Below, piece by piece: positions 48,484 through 48,621 of a stretch of 48,621 nucleotides of DNA. The stretch is from the NCBI GenBank assembly GCA_946545475.1, contig CAMNNO010000001.1:1-48621 (forward strand), read 5' to 3'. The position numbers were made by a program, and so were the translations under genes. This DNA comes from an uncultured Blautia sp. GTDB taxonomy: Bacteria; Bacillota; Clostridia; Lachnospirales; Lachnospiraceae. Position 1 is the first letter of the stretch. Every line of letters begins with the position of its first letter. A model generated the notes under the pieces. It ran no database searches, had not been told where the DNA came from, and was given only the letters and a program-made list of their open reading frames with translations.

Positions 48484-48567
48484 TTGCAGGCCGGCGGATT
48501 ACGTGGTAAAATAACGGTTAGCAGACATGAGAAAAGATGGAAAGGAGCGATAGTTTTATGAAATGGC
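48484..48567 (+). pseudogene. Promoter, RBS and first three codons of a gene apparently interrupted by an IS end
   Basis: TTGCAG, 17 bp, TAAAAT (48484-48512) with a TG extension; AAGGAG RBS; ATG AAA TGG at 48558. The frame stops after 16 codons inside the IS-like hairpin region. Confidence 0.5.
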
Positions 48568-48621
48568 GTGAACTACCACAGACCATAAAGGTCTGTGGCT
48601 TCTGTTAAATGGTTCACCAGA
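48568..48621 (-). mobile_element. Probable right end of an IS200/IS605-family element (body lies beyond the window)
   Basis: Minus strand reads GAAG-CCACAGACC-tttat-GGTCTGTGG-TAGTTCAC: a subterminal hairpin followed by a TTCAC terminus, as in clostridial IS200/IS605 ends. Confidence 0.6.

Overview
A GC-rich bacterial chromosomal segment; gene content and order suggest a Lachnospiraceae/Clostridia-like Firmicute (inference). Bases 1-32.4 kb are mostly core genes: CYTH protein, lepA, lipoprotein, hemW, uvrA, a divergent mreB paralogue, recD2, comF, two membrane proteins, cdaA-cdaR and HPr. A cell-envelope cluster follows (L,D-transpeptidase, amidase, rfbC, a wzm without wzt, double GT2, C1A peptidase), then yerC/hisR, DUF1836, pcrA and rlmD. 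Downstream of rlmD lies an accessory-looking region: a Mesh1-like HD hydrolase fused to an APH/kinase domain, an ABC exporter with a BceR-like operator, two GNATs, an SH3/LRR surface protein, a sensor-less hybrid kinase, a degenerate HD-GYP protein, a GH13 enzyme and a MATE pump. Much of the unusual signal is non-coding. A 101-bp structured element occurs twice 35 kb apart in opposite orientation, with compensatory base changes (RUP/Correia-like MITE or structured RNA). A second palindromic motif occurs twice and brackets a 6-kb block. There are also orphan SOS-like boxes between convergent genes, a 59-bp tandem array at the left edge, and a probable IS200/IS605 end interrupting a gene start at the right edge. 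No rRNA, tRNA, CRISPR array or integrase was recognised. All calls were made by eye without database searches.
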